64,000 nt of DNA from Chrysemys picta bellii (lineage: Eukaryota). Below, in pieces: positions 43,632 to 55,550 of this stretch. Position 1 is the first letter of the stretch. Each line of letters starts with the position of its first letter. A program made the translations under genes and the position numbers. Under the pieces are notes generated by a model. The model was not told where the DNA came from, made no database searches, and saw only the letters and a list, made by a program, of their open reading frames with translations. The stretch spans positions 248,001 through 312,000 of the forward strand of contig NC_088803.1 of NCBI RefSeq assembly GCF_011386835.1. Direction: 5' to 3'.

Positions 43632-45677
43632 TCAAATTTTGGGAAATGAGAGCCTTCTGCTACTAGAGCTCTCTGCAGGGGTGGAGTGAGACTTAGCAGG
43701 GACTCTGCCGCCTCTCCTTCTTTGCACTTTGGGTGAGGTGGGTATGGGACTTGGTGGCGGGGGAGGGCGGTTAGAGATGGACTGCAGCGGGGCTCTGTCC
43801 TCCTGCCTCCGTTCCCGCAGAACATCCACAAGGCGCCGGAGCGTGTCCGTTTGCTCCCTCAGTAGTCCAAGCAGCGTTTGAGTCACCTGCTGGTCTTCCT
43901 GCCGCCACCTCTCCTCCCGATCCATGTTGGCTTGGTGCATTCGGGTCAAGTTCTCCCGCCACTGGGTCTGCTGTGCTGCCTGGGCTTGGGAACAGGCCAT
44001 AAGCTCAGAGAACATGTCCTCCCGTGTCCTCTTCTTCCTACGCCTAATCCGCGCTAGCCTCTGGGAGTGTGATTCCAGGCTAGGTTGTGAGACAGTCGCA
44101 GACGGGGCTGTGGAAATGGGAAAAAGGGAGTGAATTCCTCAGAAAGATAAATGTAGTTGTGAACAAAGAACATAGTCTTTCTCTGTGAACAAGACCATGC
44201 ACAGCACCTTTCACATGCGCACTCAGCACAAGGTCGAATTCTCGGCCTTCGCATTCAGTGCCTGGGGTCTTGAACAGCACATTTGAGAAGCGAGGCAGCA
44301 CAACGGAATTTCTGTTGCAGGCAGACATGGTAAGCCGTACACTTGTGGCAGTTTAAAACTTTTATATTACCACTGGCCTCATTTCACATTTAAAGCAATG
44401 TCAGTCCCTGCTGCCAGCAATCCGGCAAGCGGGAACTCTGCCCCGTCCCACCCCCTAGCGGCTGTCCCCGGGAACGATCCCTTTCGGCTGCCCCTCTCCC
44501 GCCTCCACCGCGTGGCTGCAAACCAGCGGTTACAGTTCTGTAAAGGAACGGGAAAGCAGTCCCAACACTAACATTCCCCTACCTAATTAAAAGCAGGTCA
44601 CCATGGCCGACATCACCCTGATGAGGATCTCCGAGAGCGACAAAGAGAGAATGCTCCGGGAAAGCCTCCAAAGACCAGGGCCGTATGCCGCCCTGCTGTG
44701 CAGAGCAATGATCCCCGAGTACTTGATAATCTCGTGGCGCGGCAACGTGTCGTACTTCGGAGGACCCAATAAGGCCGCTCTCCCCAAGAACCTCATGCAA
44801 CGGCTTTCAAATTACCTCCAGGAGAGCTTCATCGAGATGTCCCAGGAGGATTACTGCTCTATCCCCAGACATATAGACCGCATTTTACTGTAGCTGCAGT
44901 AGCAGGGAATAAACAGTAGAGCGGCTTGTGCAGGACAATCACTGAAAACCAGACATTGCTAGATTTCTTTTCAAAACTTGCACTGCCCATTACTAAACCG
45001 TTAAGCGCCTAGGGCACACTAATCATGAACAACCCATTCTTTTAATTGTTAATATTCCTGTTTTGTTAAAAATAAATGTTTAGATGTTTACAACACTTAC
45101 TGGCTGATCCTTCACCAGATTCTGTGTCCGGGGTAACGGCTGGGGACGCTTCGTAGGGGATCTCTGTAAGGGTGATGAAGAGATCCTGGCTGTCAGGGAA
45201 ATCAGCGTTGTGAGAGCTGCCGACTGCCTCGCCCTCCTCATCTCCTTCCTCATCTTCCCCATCCCCTAACATGTCCGAGGAACCGGCCGTGGACAGTATC
45301 CCATCCTCAGAGTCCACGGTCACTGGTGGGGTAGTGGTGGCGGCCGCACCGAGGATGGAATGCAGTGCCTCGTAGAAACGGGATGTCTGGGGATGGGATC
45401 CGGAGCGTCCGTTTGCCTCTTTGGTCTTCTGGTAGCCTTGTCTCAGCTCCTTGATTTTCACGCGGCACTGCGTTGCATCCCGGCTGTATCCTCTCTCTGC
45501 CATGTCTTTAGAGATCTTCTCGTAGATCTTTGCATTCCTTCTTTTGGATCGCAGCTCGGAAAGCACGGACTCATCGCCCCACACAGCGATGAGATCCAAG
45601 ACTTCACGATCAGTCCATGCTGGGGCTCTCTTTCTATTCACAGACTGCACGGCCATCACTGCTGGAGAGCTCTGCAT
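43632..45677 (-). CDS. Harbinger Myb/SANT-like (trihelix) DNA-binding protein, two exons (45677-45101 and 44107-43632), 350 aa
   Basis: RKRAPAWTDREVLDLIAVWG...QCRVKIKELR..Y...RFYEALHSILG. Donor GTAAGT at 45100 and acceptor TTTTTCCCATTTCCACAG at 44108. The phase-1 join is in frame (577+476 = 1053 nt). Minus-strand AATAAA at 43555-43560. Confidence 0.88.
44603..44893 (+). CDS. Third Harbinger ORF, 96 aa, putative BEN-like domain, nested antisense in the Myb intron
   Basis: Kozak CACCATGG; AATAAA at 44908-44913, 14 nt after the stop; upstream acceptor AAGCAG ending 44596. Residue pattern GPYAALL...IPE...G.PNK..L...L.NYLQESF...ID resembles BEN domains by eye only. Confidence 0.55.
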   Translation: MADITLMRISESDKERMLRESLQRPGPYAALLCRAMIPEYLIISWRGNVSYFGGPNKAALPKNLMQRLSNYLQESFIEMSQEDYCSIPRHIDRILL

Positions 45678-47094
45678 CGTTGCCAGTGCTGCTGTGCTCG
45701 CCACGATGTCCAGACAGGAAATGAGATTCAAACTGGCCAGACAGGAAAAGGAATTCAAATTCAAATTTTCCCGGGGCTTTTCCTGTGTGGCTGGTCAGAG
45801 CATCCGAGCTCGCACTGCTGTCCAGAGCGTCAACAGAGTGGTGCACTGTGGGATAGCTCCCGGAGCTATTAGCGTCGATTTCCATCCACACCTAGCCTAA
45901 TTCGACATGGCCATGTCGAATTTAGTGCTACTCCCCTCGTCGGGGAGGAGTACAGAAGTCGAATTAAAGAGACCTCTATGTCGAACTAAATAGCATCGCA
46001 GTGTGGACAGGTGCAGGATTAATTCGATGTAACGGCGCTAACTTCGACATAAACGCCTAGTGTAGACCAGGCCTTAGACAGTTAATTACATTCTAGTCCT
46101 AGAGGCAGCTCTAATGTCAAGCAGGTCATAGCCCCAGCTAGCACGACTCACCAAAGTGTCATGGGAGTTAATTCCCTCGTGTCTGTTTACATTGAGCAAA
46201 TTCACTTTGATTCTTTGCTGCATGTCTATCAGATTATACAATGGTGGGTTAGCTTTCAAAGCAGGGCTATGTGGGAAAACGTTTTTCCATCCCAGGAGAA
46301 TTTCTGGCATTTTGAAATTTTTCAGATTGAAAAAAGCAAAATCTCCAAAGCGTTTCTTAACCAAAAATCTCTCTCAAAAAAAGTTCACTTTGGGTAAATC
46401 AATGTTTCTTATTAATCATTTTTAAGTGTTTTAGTCAATACTGACCTTTCCCCTTTTTTAACAATTCTAAACAAGGCATTGTTTTGACTCAAAACCCCCA
46501 CAACTTTTTGGGTTGACAACATTGAAACAGGGTGTTTCTACAATCTTGAAGATTTTTATTTGAGTCAGGTGTTTCACTGAGCCCAGCACTGTTTCAGGAG
46601 CAGTTCTGGTTTTGCAAAATAGACATTATCCTACCAAAAATCCACAAACAAAACCAACCAACCAACCAACCAAACCCACACCAAACACCAGAAAAAGCCT
46701 CACCAGCTCTAAGTCAAAGGTTCGTTTTCCTGGCATCTGGTGGAGCTAAGTGCAGAGTTAGGGGAGCGTGGGGAGACTCTGAAGGATACAATTTCTACCT
46801 GAGTGCTTGCATTGCCCTGGGTCCCTCGATTTACACCAGTGAATCTCTCCTCCCTCCTGTCAGAGAGGAAAGGGTTAGTCCATTTCACAGGCTGAGGGCC
46901 AGAGAGGTTGTCAGGAATTTTCATAGGGGCCCAACAGACTTAGGTGCCTCCTTTGACCTTTCCAGCATAGGTGACTCACCCAGTGTCTGGGCAGATCTTG
47001 AACCCAAATCTCTTGAGCTGCAGGTGACCCATAATAAACCATTTACAGAACAACAACTTCCATTACTCCTATGAAATCCAGGAACTCTGCTATA

Positions 47095-47253
47095 CAGGGC
47101 TGCCGGGGGGGCGGGGACCAAGTGGGGCAATTTGTTCCAGGCCCTGGGCCCCACAGGGGCCCCCTGAGAATATATGGTATTGCAACTTTTTTTATGAAAG
47201 GGGCCCCCAAAATTGCTTTGCCCCAGGACCCCTGAATCCTCTGGGCGGCCCTG
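47095..47253. mobile_element. hAT-type MITE, inverted copy of the 5833-5997 family
   Basis: 8-bp TSD CTGCTATA/CTGCTACA; CAGGGC...GCCCTG ends. Confidence 0.85.
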
Positions 47254-47899
47254 CTGCTACATGTTCTGGAGTGCCACATACCAACAGCCTCGCTGCTAAC
47301 AAGCCATGCACTCACAGAGGCGTGTCTCCTTCACAGAGCACTCCTGTAACACGGCCCAGTGCTATGACTGCACGGGTGTCCCTTGCAGGTGGAAATGTCT
47401 CTGTTGTTTCTGAAGGACCTTGGCCCAGAACCTGAGTGGGTGAAAATGGGTAGCTGCACTTCTATTGGATTGCAATGGAGACCTAGAGGTGAAAGGCTTC
47501 GTGAACAAGTCTCTGTCCAGCGCTCCCAGTGCTGGACCAGCCTGACAGATCTCATTTATACTGTTAGTGTGTGGTTGCACCTGGAGGCCCAGCTGGGAAT
47601 GGAGCCCTATTCTTCCAGGGGCTACACAGACCCAGTAACAGGTCGGGACCACACTGGGTCAGAGACTGCACAAACAGTGACAGCGACTGGAATCCCACTG
47701 CACAGACAAACCCAGAGTGACTGTGCTTGGGGACGCCACTGCGCTGGGCACTGTTGAGACATACAGAGCAACAGAGATCAGGACACCGCACTGCTAGGCA
47801 CTGCACAGATAAATAGTAACAGAGATCAGGCTTATCACAGGGCCACTCACCACTACGGCACCTCGTCCTGACTGCTCTGGGGATTAGCTCCTTCCAGGC

Positions 47900-48903
47900 C
47901 CAGCACTGAGACCGGGACCCCACTGTGCCAAGCACTGCACAGAGACACAGTAACTGAGACCGGGACCCCGTTGTGCCAAGCACTGCACAGAGACACAGTA
48001 ACTGAGACTGGGACCCCACTGTGCCAAGCACTGCACAGACACACTGTAACTGAGACCGGGACCCCGTTGTGCCAAGCACTGCACAGAGACACAGTAACTG
48101 AGACTGGGACCCCACTGTGCCAAGCACTGCACAGACACACTGTAACTGAGACCAGGACCCCGTTGTGCCAAGCACTGCACAGAGACACAGTAACTGAGAC
48201 CAGGACCCCCCTTTGCCAAGCAATGCACAGAGACACAGTAACTGAGACCGGGACCCCGTTGTGCCAAGCACTGCACAGACACACTGTAACTGAGACTGGG
48301 ACCCCACTGTGCCAAGCACTGCACAGAGACACAGTAACTGAGACTGGGACCCCACTGTGCCAAGCACTGCACAGACACACTGTAACTGAGACCAGGACCC
48401 CGTTGTGCCAAGCACTGCACAGAGACACAGTAACTGAGACCAGGACCCCCCTTTGCCAAGCACTGCACAGAGACACAGTAACTGAGACCGGGACCCCCCT
48501 GTGCCAAGCAATGCACAGAGACACAGTAACTGAGACCGGGACCCCCCTGTGCCAAGCACTGCACAGAGACACAGTAACTGAGACCAGGACCCCGTTGTGC
48601 CAAGCACTGCACAGAGACACAGTAACTGAGACCAGGACCCCCCTTTGCCAAGCACTGCACAGAGACACAGTAACTGAGACCGGGACCCCCCTGTGCCAAG
48701 CACTGCACAGAGACACAGTAACTGAGACCAGGACCCCCCTTTGCCAAGCACTGCACAGAGACACAGTAACTGAGACCGGGACCCCCCTGTGCCAAGCACT
48801 ACAAAGGCGCACAGTAACAGAGACTGGGACCCCACTGTGCCGAGTACTGCACAGACGTACAGTAACAGAGACCGGGACCCCACAGAGCCAAGCACTGCAC
48901 AGA
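47900..48903. repeat. 48-bp minisatellite, about 20 copies
   Basis: Unit GCACTGCACAGAGACACAGTAACTGAGACCGGGACCCCGTTGTGCCAA; 16-aa periodicity in several frames. Confidence 0.95.
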
Positions 48904-49526
48904 AGAACAGAACTTCCAGGGTAGTTGGCAGATAATGGTGGAACCTAATGGAGGAGGTTTGGCCGGGAGGAAGGCCAAGGTAAGAAACTGATCATGTTTT
49001 CATAGACTTTAAGTCCAAAATAGACCATTTCGAGTGTCACAGTTTCAGAGTTAATTGCACTTCTACCCCCTTTGTTGTATGCTCACGGTGCCCCCTTAGC
49101 TCAAATGCTTCCGGCTGCCACCTCTCGCTGGGCAGGGATCCGTGTACCTCTCCCGCTAGACCAGGGAGCTTGAACCCTCACCCCCTCCCCTGCAATTTAC
49201 TCTATCTCCATGGATCTGAGCTTACTCCAGCACCTGTGGTTTGCTCCTTCTCAGGGACAAGGACAAGAATGACCAGGGATCAGCCAGATTTCACACAGTC
49301 CATTAAGTTTAGCATTACAGAGAGAACATACAACAACAATCATAATTAAAAATAAACAGCTGACACGCCTGCCAAGCTTACCAGGTGCCACCCATCTTCC
49401 ACCCTGGCAGACCGCAGTCCTTCAGACCCTAGCTAGAACCCAGGAGTTCAGAATCCCCCAAGTCCAAGTCCCTCTCTCCTGTCCAGTCCTCAGGCAGCTC
49501 CTGCTGAAGGCAGGATAGATCACTAC

Positions 49527-50456
49527 TCAGGGCACAGCCAGTCTCCTGCCCCCCAGTCTCATGAGGGCAGCTTTCATCTTGTTCCTCAGCGTGTAGATGA
49601 GGGGGTTGAGGAGCGGGGTCACCGTGGTGTAGAATACACCCACCACCCTGTCCACGGGGTGCTGGGACCCCGGCCTCAGGTAGATGAAGACCAGGGACAG
49701 GTAGTAGGTCATCACCACGGTGATATGTGCCACGCAGGTGGAGAAGGCCCGACGCCTGCCCTCAGCGGAGCGGATCCTCAGTATGGCCCAGACGATGTAG
49801 ACATAGGACGTCAGGATCAGCAGGAAGCAGGTGACAGCCAGGAAGCCGATGTCGATGAATGTCACCAGCTCGTTGAGCGCTGTGTCCCCGCAGGCCAGCT
49901 TCAGCACAGCCGGGATATCGCAGAAGATGTAGCCTACCTGGGTGTCCCGGCCGTAGGGCAGGCGGAAGGTGAGTGCAGTCTCTATCAGCGAGTGCAGGGA
50001 GCCCCCTAGCCAGGTCCCCGCTGCCAGGCACAGGCAGGCTCTGCGGTTCATAATGACGCTGTAGCGCAGTGGCTTGCAGATGGCCAGGAAGCGGTCGTAG
50101 GCCATGACCGTGTAGAGGAAGCACTCGGTGCAGCCCAGGAAGTGGAAGAAGAAGAGCTGGGCCATGCAGCCATGGAAGGAGATGGCCCCGCCGCCCGACA
50201 GGAAGCCGGCCACCACCTTGGGCACCACCACCGAGGAGACCGTCATGTCCAGGAAGGACAAGTGGCAGAGGAACCAGTACATGGGCTTGTGCAGCCGGCG
50301 CTCCCGGGCCACCGCCAGCAGGATGAGCAGGTTCCCGCACAGCGTCAACAGGTAGATGAGGAGGAAGAAGAGGAACAAGGGCACCCGCAGCTCTGGGGGG
50401 TACGAGAGCCCCACCAGGATGAAATAGGTCAGCTAGGATTGGTATCTACACACCAT
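49527..50456 (-). pseudogene. OR10G-like probable pseudogene
   Basis: ATG at 50456 reads MVCRYQS* with TAG at codon 8 (50435-50433), where the paralog has CAG. Also a 3-nt deletion in NK(E)MK. The rest of the frame is open. Confidence 0.85.
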
Positions 50457-51810
50457 TCACTTGGTCTGTGTCCCTGCAAGTGAATGCCGGGTGTTAATGA
50501 TTAACCAAGGGAGAACGATGGGTGATCTTTGCAGACCCCACTTCCCATCCCAGAGATGGGAAATGAACCTAGACGTGCTGACTCCCAGCCCCCACTGAAC
50601 CCCGTTTGTTCCCAGAGCCTGCATTGAAGTCCTGGCTCCAGGCTCCCCAACTCTAGTTCACAGGACCCCTCTCCTCTCCCACATCCAGGATTAGATCCCT
50701 GGAGTTAAACAGAGACACATTCAAATGAAAAAACAAAGCCCACATTGATAAGCATGAGGGTGATTAGTCGTGGGAAAACTCTGAAGGGAAGCAGAGTGTT
50801 CTCTGTCTTTTGAGGTCTTTGAGTCACGATGGCCTTTGTGGAAGACAGGAGTTTGTCAGACATGAGTTATTGGGCTCGACATTCTGCGGTATCCAGAAGA
50901 TCAGACTAGATGATGATGCTGGTCTCCTCCGGTATTAAAAATTTATCAGTCTATGAATCTACACATCTGGACACAGTGCCTGGCTGTGTGTCCCAGCTGT
51001 GGTGCTAAGCCATTCTCACCTGCTCACTGCCATGCCCTGAGGTCTCTCTTCAGCCCTTTACATCTCCCTGACCCAACTCTTCACACAGAAGAAGGCTTCG
51101 TCCTCCACGTGACGCCAACCTCAGACTGAAAGAGCTTAAGGGGAAACTTTCTTGTGGAGATTAGCCCAGAGTTGCCCACTTCAGGGTCCTTGCCCCTGCC
51201 TCTGATGCAGCTGGTAGCAGGCCCTGTGGGAGACCCGGCTGGTGCTCATCCGAGCAGACTGTTTCTCTATTTCTGTGAATCGTTTCTTTGCTCTGTTTAG
51301 TTTCTTCTTCAGCTCTGACGTGTCCTTTCTCCCTGCAGCTTCTTATAACCTTGCACCCTCCCTGCACTCTCTCTTTTTTCCCCCTGGCGTAATTCACTAC
51401 CCGGGTCACTTGCAGCTACATCAGTGTTAAACTGTTGACATTGGCTGTGTTTTTAAGAACATAATGGTGCCTTCCCTTTGGCAAACTCCAATGGGCCTTA
51501 TTAGAATTGTTGTTCGGGGCAAAGCGAAGGAGCTAGCTCATCGATTTAATTAGAGAGGAGAGTCTGTGGCCGTGCTAGAACAGGTTGCATCTGGTGCTCA
51601 CAATGGACTGAAGGTCTGGCGTTTGCTTCATTTAATGAAGCAATTCTCACAGAAAACTGCTCTCCTTGATAGTTCAGGCGTGGCCTCCCACTCTGAGCCA
51701 GTCTGGAGCCCAGGGATCTGCTAGGAGATGCTGTATGTCAGAGACTGGGGTGGGTTACCCACTAGGATGTGCGCTCTGCTTGGAGTCAGTCCGGAGCCCA
51801 GTATCCCAGC

Positions 51811-53045
51811 CAGGGCCGGTGCAAGGATGTTTCGTGCCCTAGGCGAAACTTCCACCTTGAGCTCTCCCCACTCCCCGAGCCCTGCGGCAGCTCCCCGCCC
51901 CCCCCCCGAGGCACCCCCCCACGGCAGCTCCCCCCCCCCGCCCTGAGGCGCCCCCCCGCGGCAGCTCCCCACCCCCCCCCGGCCTGGGGAGCCATGCGGC
52001 AGCTCCCCACCCCCGCTCACCTCTGCTCCGCCCCCTCCCCAAGTCCTGCGGCAGCTCCCCACCCCCCCCCGGCCTGGGGAGCCATGCGGCAGCTCCCCAC
52101 CCCCGCTCACCTCTGCTCCGCCCCCTCCCCAAGTCCTGCAGCAGCTCCCCACCCCCGCTCACCTCTGCTCCACCCCCTCCCCGAGCCCTGCGGCAGCTCC
52201 CCACCCCACCCCCGCCCTGAGGCGCCCCCCCGCGGCAGCTCCCCACCCCCCCCGCCCTGTGGCGCCCCCCCCGCGGCAGCTCCCCACCCCCCCCCCGCCC
52301 TGAGGCGCCCCCCCCGCGGCAGCTCCCCACTCCCCCTCGCCCTGTGGCGCCTCCCCCGCGGCAGCTCCCCATCCCCCCCTGCCCGGGGAGCTGTGCGGCG
52401 GCTCCCCACCCCAGCTCACCTCTGTTCCTCCTCCTCCCCAAGCCCTGCGGCAGCTCCTCACCCCCCTTCCGCCCTGAGGCGCCTCCCCATGGCAGCTCCC
52501 CCCGGCCCGGGGAGCCGTGCGGCAGCTCCCCGCCCCAGCTCACCTCTGCTCCACCCCCTCCCTGAGCCCTGTGGCAGCTCCCCCCCCCCGCCCTGAGGCG
52601 CCTCCCCATGGCAGCTCCCCCCGGCCCGGGGAGCAGTGCGTCAGCTCCCCGCCCCAGCTCACCTCTGCTCCGCCTCCTCCCCGAGCACGCCGTCGCTGCT
52701 CCACTTCTCCTGCCTCCCAGGCTTGCGGTGCCAATCAGCTGTTTGGTGCTGCAAGCCTGGGATGGGAGGAGAATTAGAGTGGGGGCGGCGTGCTCGGGGA
52801 GGAGGCGGAGCAGAGGTGAGCTGGGGCAGGGAGCAGTTCCCCTGCGTGCCGCCCCCCCTTACTTACTGCAAGTGGCCCTCCCCGCGCCCCCCTGCCCCAG
52901 CTCCCTCCACCGAAATGCCGACGATGACTGGGGTGGCCGAAGATCCCACCGCCGTAGTCGCCGCCGAAGGACCCGAAATGCTGACCCCCAAATGTTAGTG
53001 CCCTAGGCGACCGCCTAGGTCACCTAATGGGTTGCACCGGCCCTG
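51811..53045. mobile_element. hAT-like MITE with internal GC-rich tandem repeats
   Basis: Perfect 14-bp TIR CAGGGCCGGTGCAA. Absent from the paralog at about 40790. Internal reiterated GCGGCAGCTCCCC units. No clear TSD. Confidence 0.75.
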
Positions 53046-54729
53046 GGGGTGGCCCAGCAAGCTCGTAGGGGGGCACTGTGTTGCTGGGAGGATGGTGGGG
53101 GGTTCAGTAGATGACCCTGTTCTCTCTGAGTCATTGCTGACCCCCATGTCCCAGGAGGGCAGCTGGGGGCGCTATGCTACAGAGAGGGGTCTTGGGGGGC
53201 TCAGCAGGGGGTGCTGTCTCCTGAGAGTCAATGCTGACCCCAGCTGCAAGCACAGTACTTGGGGTCACTAATCATGGTGTTTGGCTACATTTTTTCGTTA
53301 AATTCTAAATTAGTTAATTACATCCTAGTTACAGAGGCAGCTCTAAGGTAAAGCAGGTCATAGCCCCAGCTGGTGTAATTCACCAAAGCGCCATAGGAGT
53401 TACTGCCCCTATGTCTTTTTACACTGAGAAAATTCACTTTGACTCTTGGTTGTAATGAGCAGACCCCAAGGTGCATGTCTGCCAGACTATATGAGGGCGG
53501 GAGATGGTTTTCCCATCCCATGGAAAGGTTTGACATTCAGAAATTGTTCCTGTTATGAGTCGGGATGAAGGGTCGAAATCTCAAAAAAATGTATGAACTA
53601 AAAATTTGGGGGGGAAATTCAGTTTGGGAGAATTAAAAAAAATGTTTTTAGATAATTTCACCATGTTTATTCTATTTTAACCATCTTTCCTTTTAAACAT
53701 TTGTAGCGTATATTTACTACAATTTCAAAATGAAGTCATTTTGACTCAACCCCCCAAAGGTTTCTGGTTTGACAGTGTTAAACGAGGCTTTGGCCATCTT
53801 TGAAACGTCTCTAGCCAAACATGCTTTGAGTTGAGTGTTCCATTGAACCCCAAACCAGTTCGTGAGCAGTTTTGGTTTTGCTGAATTGGCATTTCCAACA
53901 AAAACCACAACAATGCTTGGCCAGAGAATTCCCGCCCAGATCTCCTATTTCAAAGGGCCTTCTTCCTGGCATCTGTGTGAGCTAAGGCAAGCAAGGGCAG
54001 GAGACTCTGAGAGTGTGCATCTTGCTGGTTCCTCTATGCCCCTCATCCCCACTCACACCAGTGAATCTATCCTCATGGCTGAGAGGTAGGGAAGGGTTAT
54101 TGCCCCCACTTCCGAGGCTGAGGACCAGACACATTAAGTTTGAGACTCTCAAAATGGCTCAAAGGACCGGCACTCCTGGGAGGGGGGCACCCACCTCCTG
54201 AGTGTCTCCTGGCGGCTGGGTGTGGTCCTGCAATCTTTTTTCTGCTCCTGACCCCCCTGCCAGGTTGCAGACTCCTCTTGGCCATTCTTCCGTGGCTCAG
54301 CCCTCCGGTCAAGTCACATAGTGAAAAAACGGACCTGCTACCGAGTAGCAAAGAGTCCATCAAACTGTCTGCCCTTACCAGGGTCTTCAGCCCGGTTGTT
54401 GGACCTTTTAGATCCCGCCCTGGGCTCAGGCTTCTAAAGGAGACTTGTCCCTGTGTCGGGGCTTAGGCCACTTTGACAGTGGAGGAACCTGGGCCACCCA
54501 CCACTCTGGGTTCCAGGCCAGGGACCCTCTTCCCAGCCGCCATGTCCTGCTCCCTTTAACTGGCTGCTGCTTCCTACTGCCTCTTCCCACTCAGTCCCTT
54601 CACCTCCACCTGTTACCTTCGGGTTCCTGTTCTCAGGTCCTCTCGCTCCCAGGGCCAGCAAATGCAGCCACAGCAGAGCCCCCATCGTCACCCCTCTGCT
54701 CCCAGCAAGGTCCTGCCGCTCCTTTTATC

Positions 54730-55135
54730 CAGGGCCGGCTCTAGGCACCAGCAAAACAAGCTGGTGCTTGGGGGTGGCACATTTCTAGGGGCGGCATTCT
54801 GGCACAGGCCATGCCGCCCCTAAAAATGTGCCCCGGCTGCCCTAACTCTCCTCCGCTGCTGCCGCTCGTGCGCCGCTGCTCCCCCTCCCTCTCAGGCTCT
54901 CAAACCCGGGAGGGAGGGGGAGATCCCGAGCGGCCACGGCGCACGCGCTGCTTCTCCCTCTCCCTCCCTCCCTCCTAGGCTTGAGAGCCTGCGGGGAGGA
55001 GGCAGGGCTGGGGATTTGGGGAAGGGGCGGAGTTGAGGTGGGGCCCTGGGGTGGGGTAAGAAAAAAACGGGGGGGGGGGGGGGGCGGCCAAAATTGTTTT
55101 TGCTTTGGGCGGCAAAAATCCTAGAGCCGGCCCTA
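54730..55135. mobile_element. hAT-type MITE
   Basis: CAGGGCCGGCTCTAGG...CCTAGAGCCGGCCCTA. 8-bp TSD CTTTTATC/CTTTTCTC. Confidence 0.82.
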
Positions 55136-55450
55136 CTTTTCTCTGAGCCTACTGGGCTTTGGTTGGGTGTGTCTGTGCAGCTCTTCTAGGCAGGAACTGA
55201 GGACTCAGCAGAGGGCCTGGTACACCCCGTCATGGCTCATTACTTTGAAATTCCCAGTGGTCACCCACAGAGCCTACGGCTGAGCTGGGAGTGGAATCCT
55301 GGTCTCCTGAGTCACCGCTTGCCCATGATAAACCATTTACAGACTGTAATGGTGAGTCTGATTGGTCCTACAAAGGCCAGGAGCTACACTATGTGTCCTT
55401 GAGCACCATCTACCTGCACCTTGTCTAATAACGAACGATCTACATGCAGG

Positions 55451-55550
55451 GAGATGAGGCAGAAGAGGTAAAATATATTTTATTGGACCAACTTCTGTTG
55501 GTGAAAGAGACAAGCTGTTTAGCTACACAGAGCTCTTCTTCAGGTCTGGG
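55451..55550 (-). mobile_element. Second Penelope-like family fragment with decayed hammerhead
   Basis: Minus strand GAC-CTGAAGA-AGAGCT-CTGTGT-AGCT followed by AAACAGCTTGTC; the GAAA core is corrupted. Confidence 0.55.

Larger units (their letters stand above)
41221..46073. mobile_element. PIF/Harbinger DNA transposon, apparently full-length and autonomous
   Basis: 16-bp TIR GGCCT(T/G)GTCTACACTA. Intact transposase and convergent intact Myb/SANT gene. TCGA-rich subterminal repeats. The 3-bp TSD is not matched (GAA vs TTA). Confidence 0.93.

Noticed and set aside
47564-48924. 300-443 aa repetitive ORFs; possible CRISPR-like array
   Set aside because: Head-to-tail 48-bp units with no unique spacers, no cas genes and a vertebrate context. 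Multi-frame openness is explained by the repeat unit.
51721-53006. Long Pro/Gly/Arg-rich ORFs
   Set aside because: Low-complexity GC repeats inside a TIR-bounded MITE.
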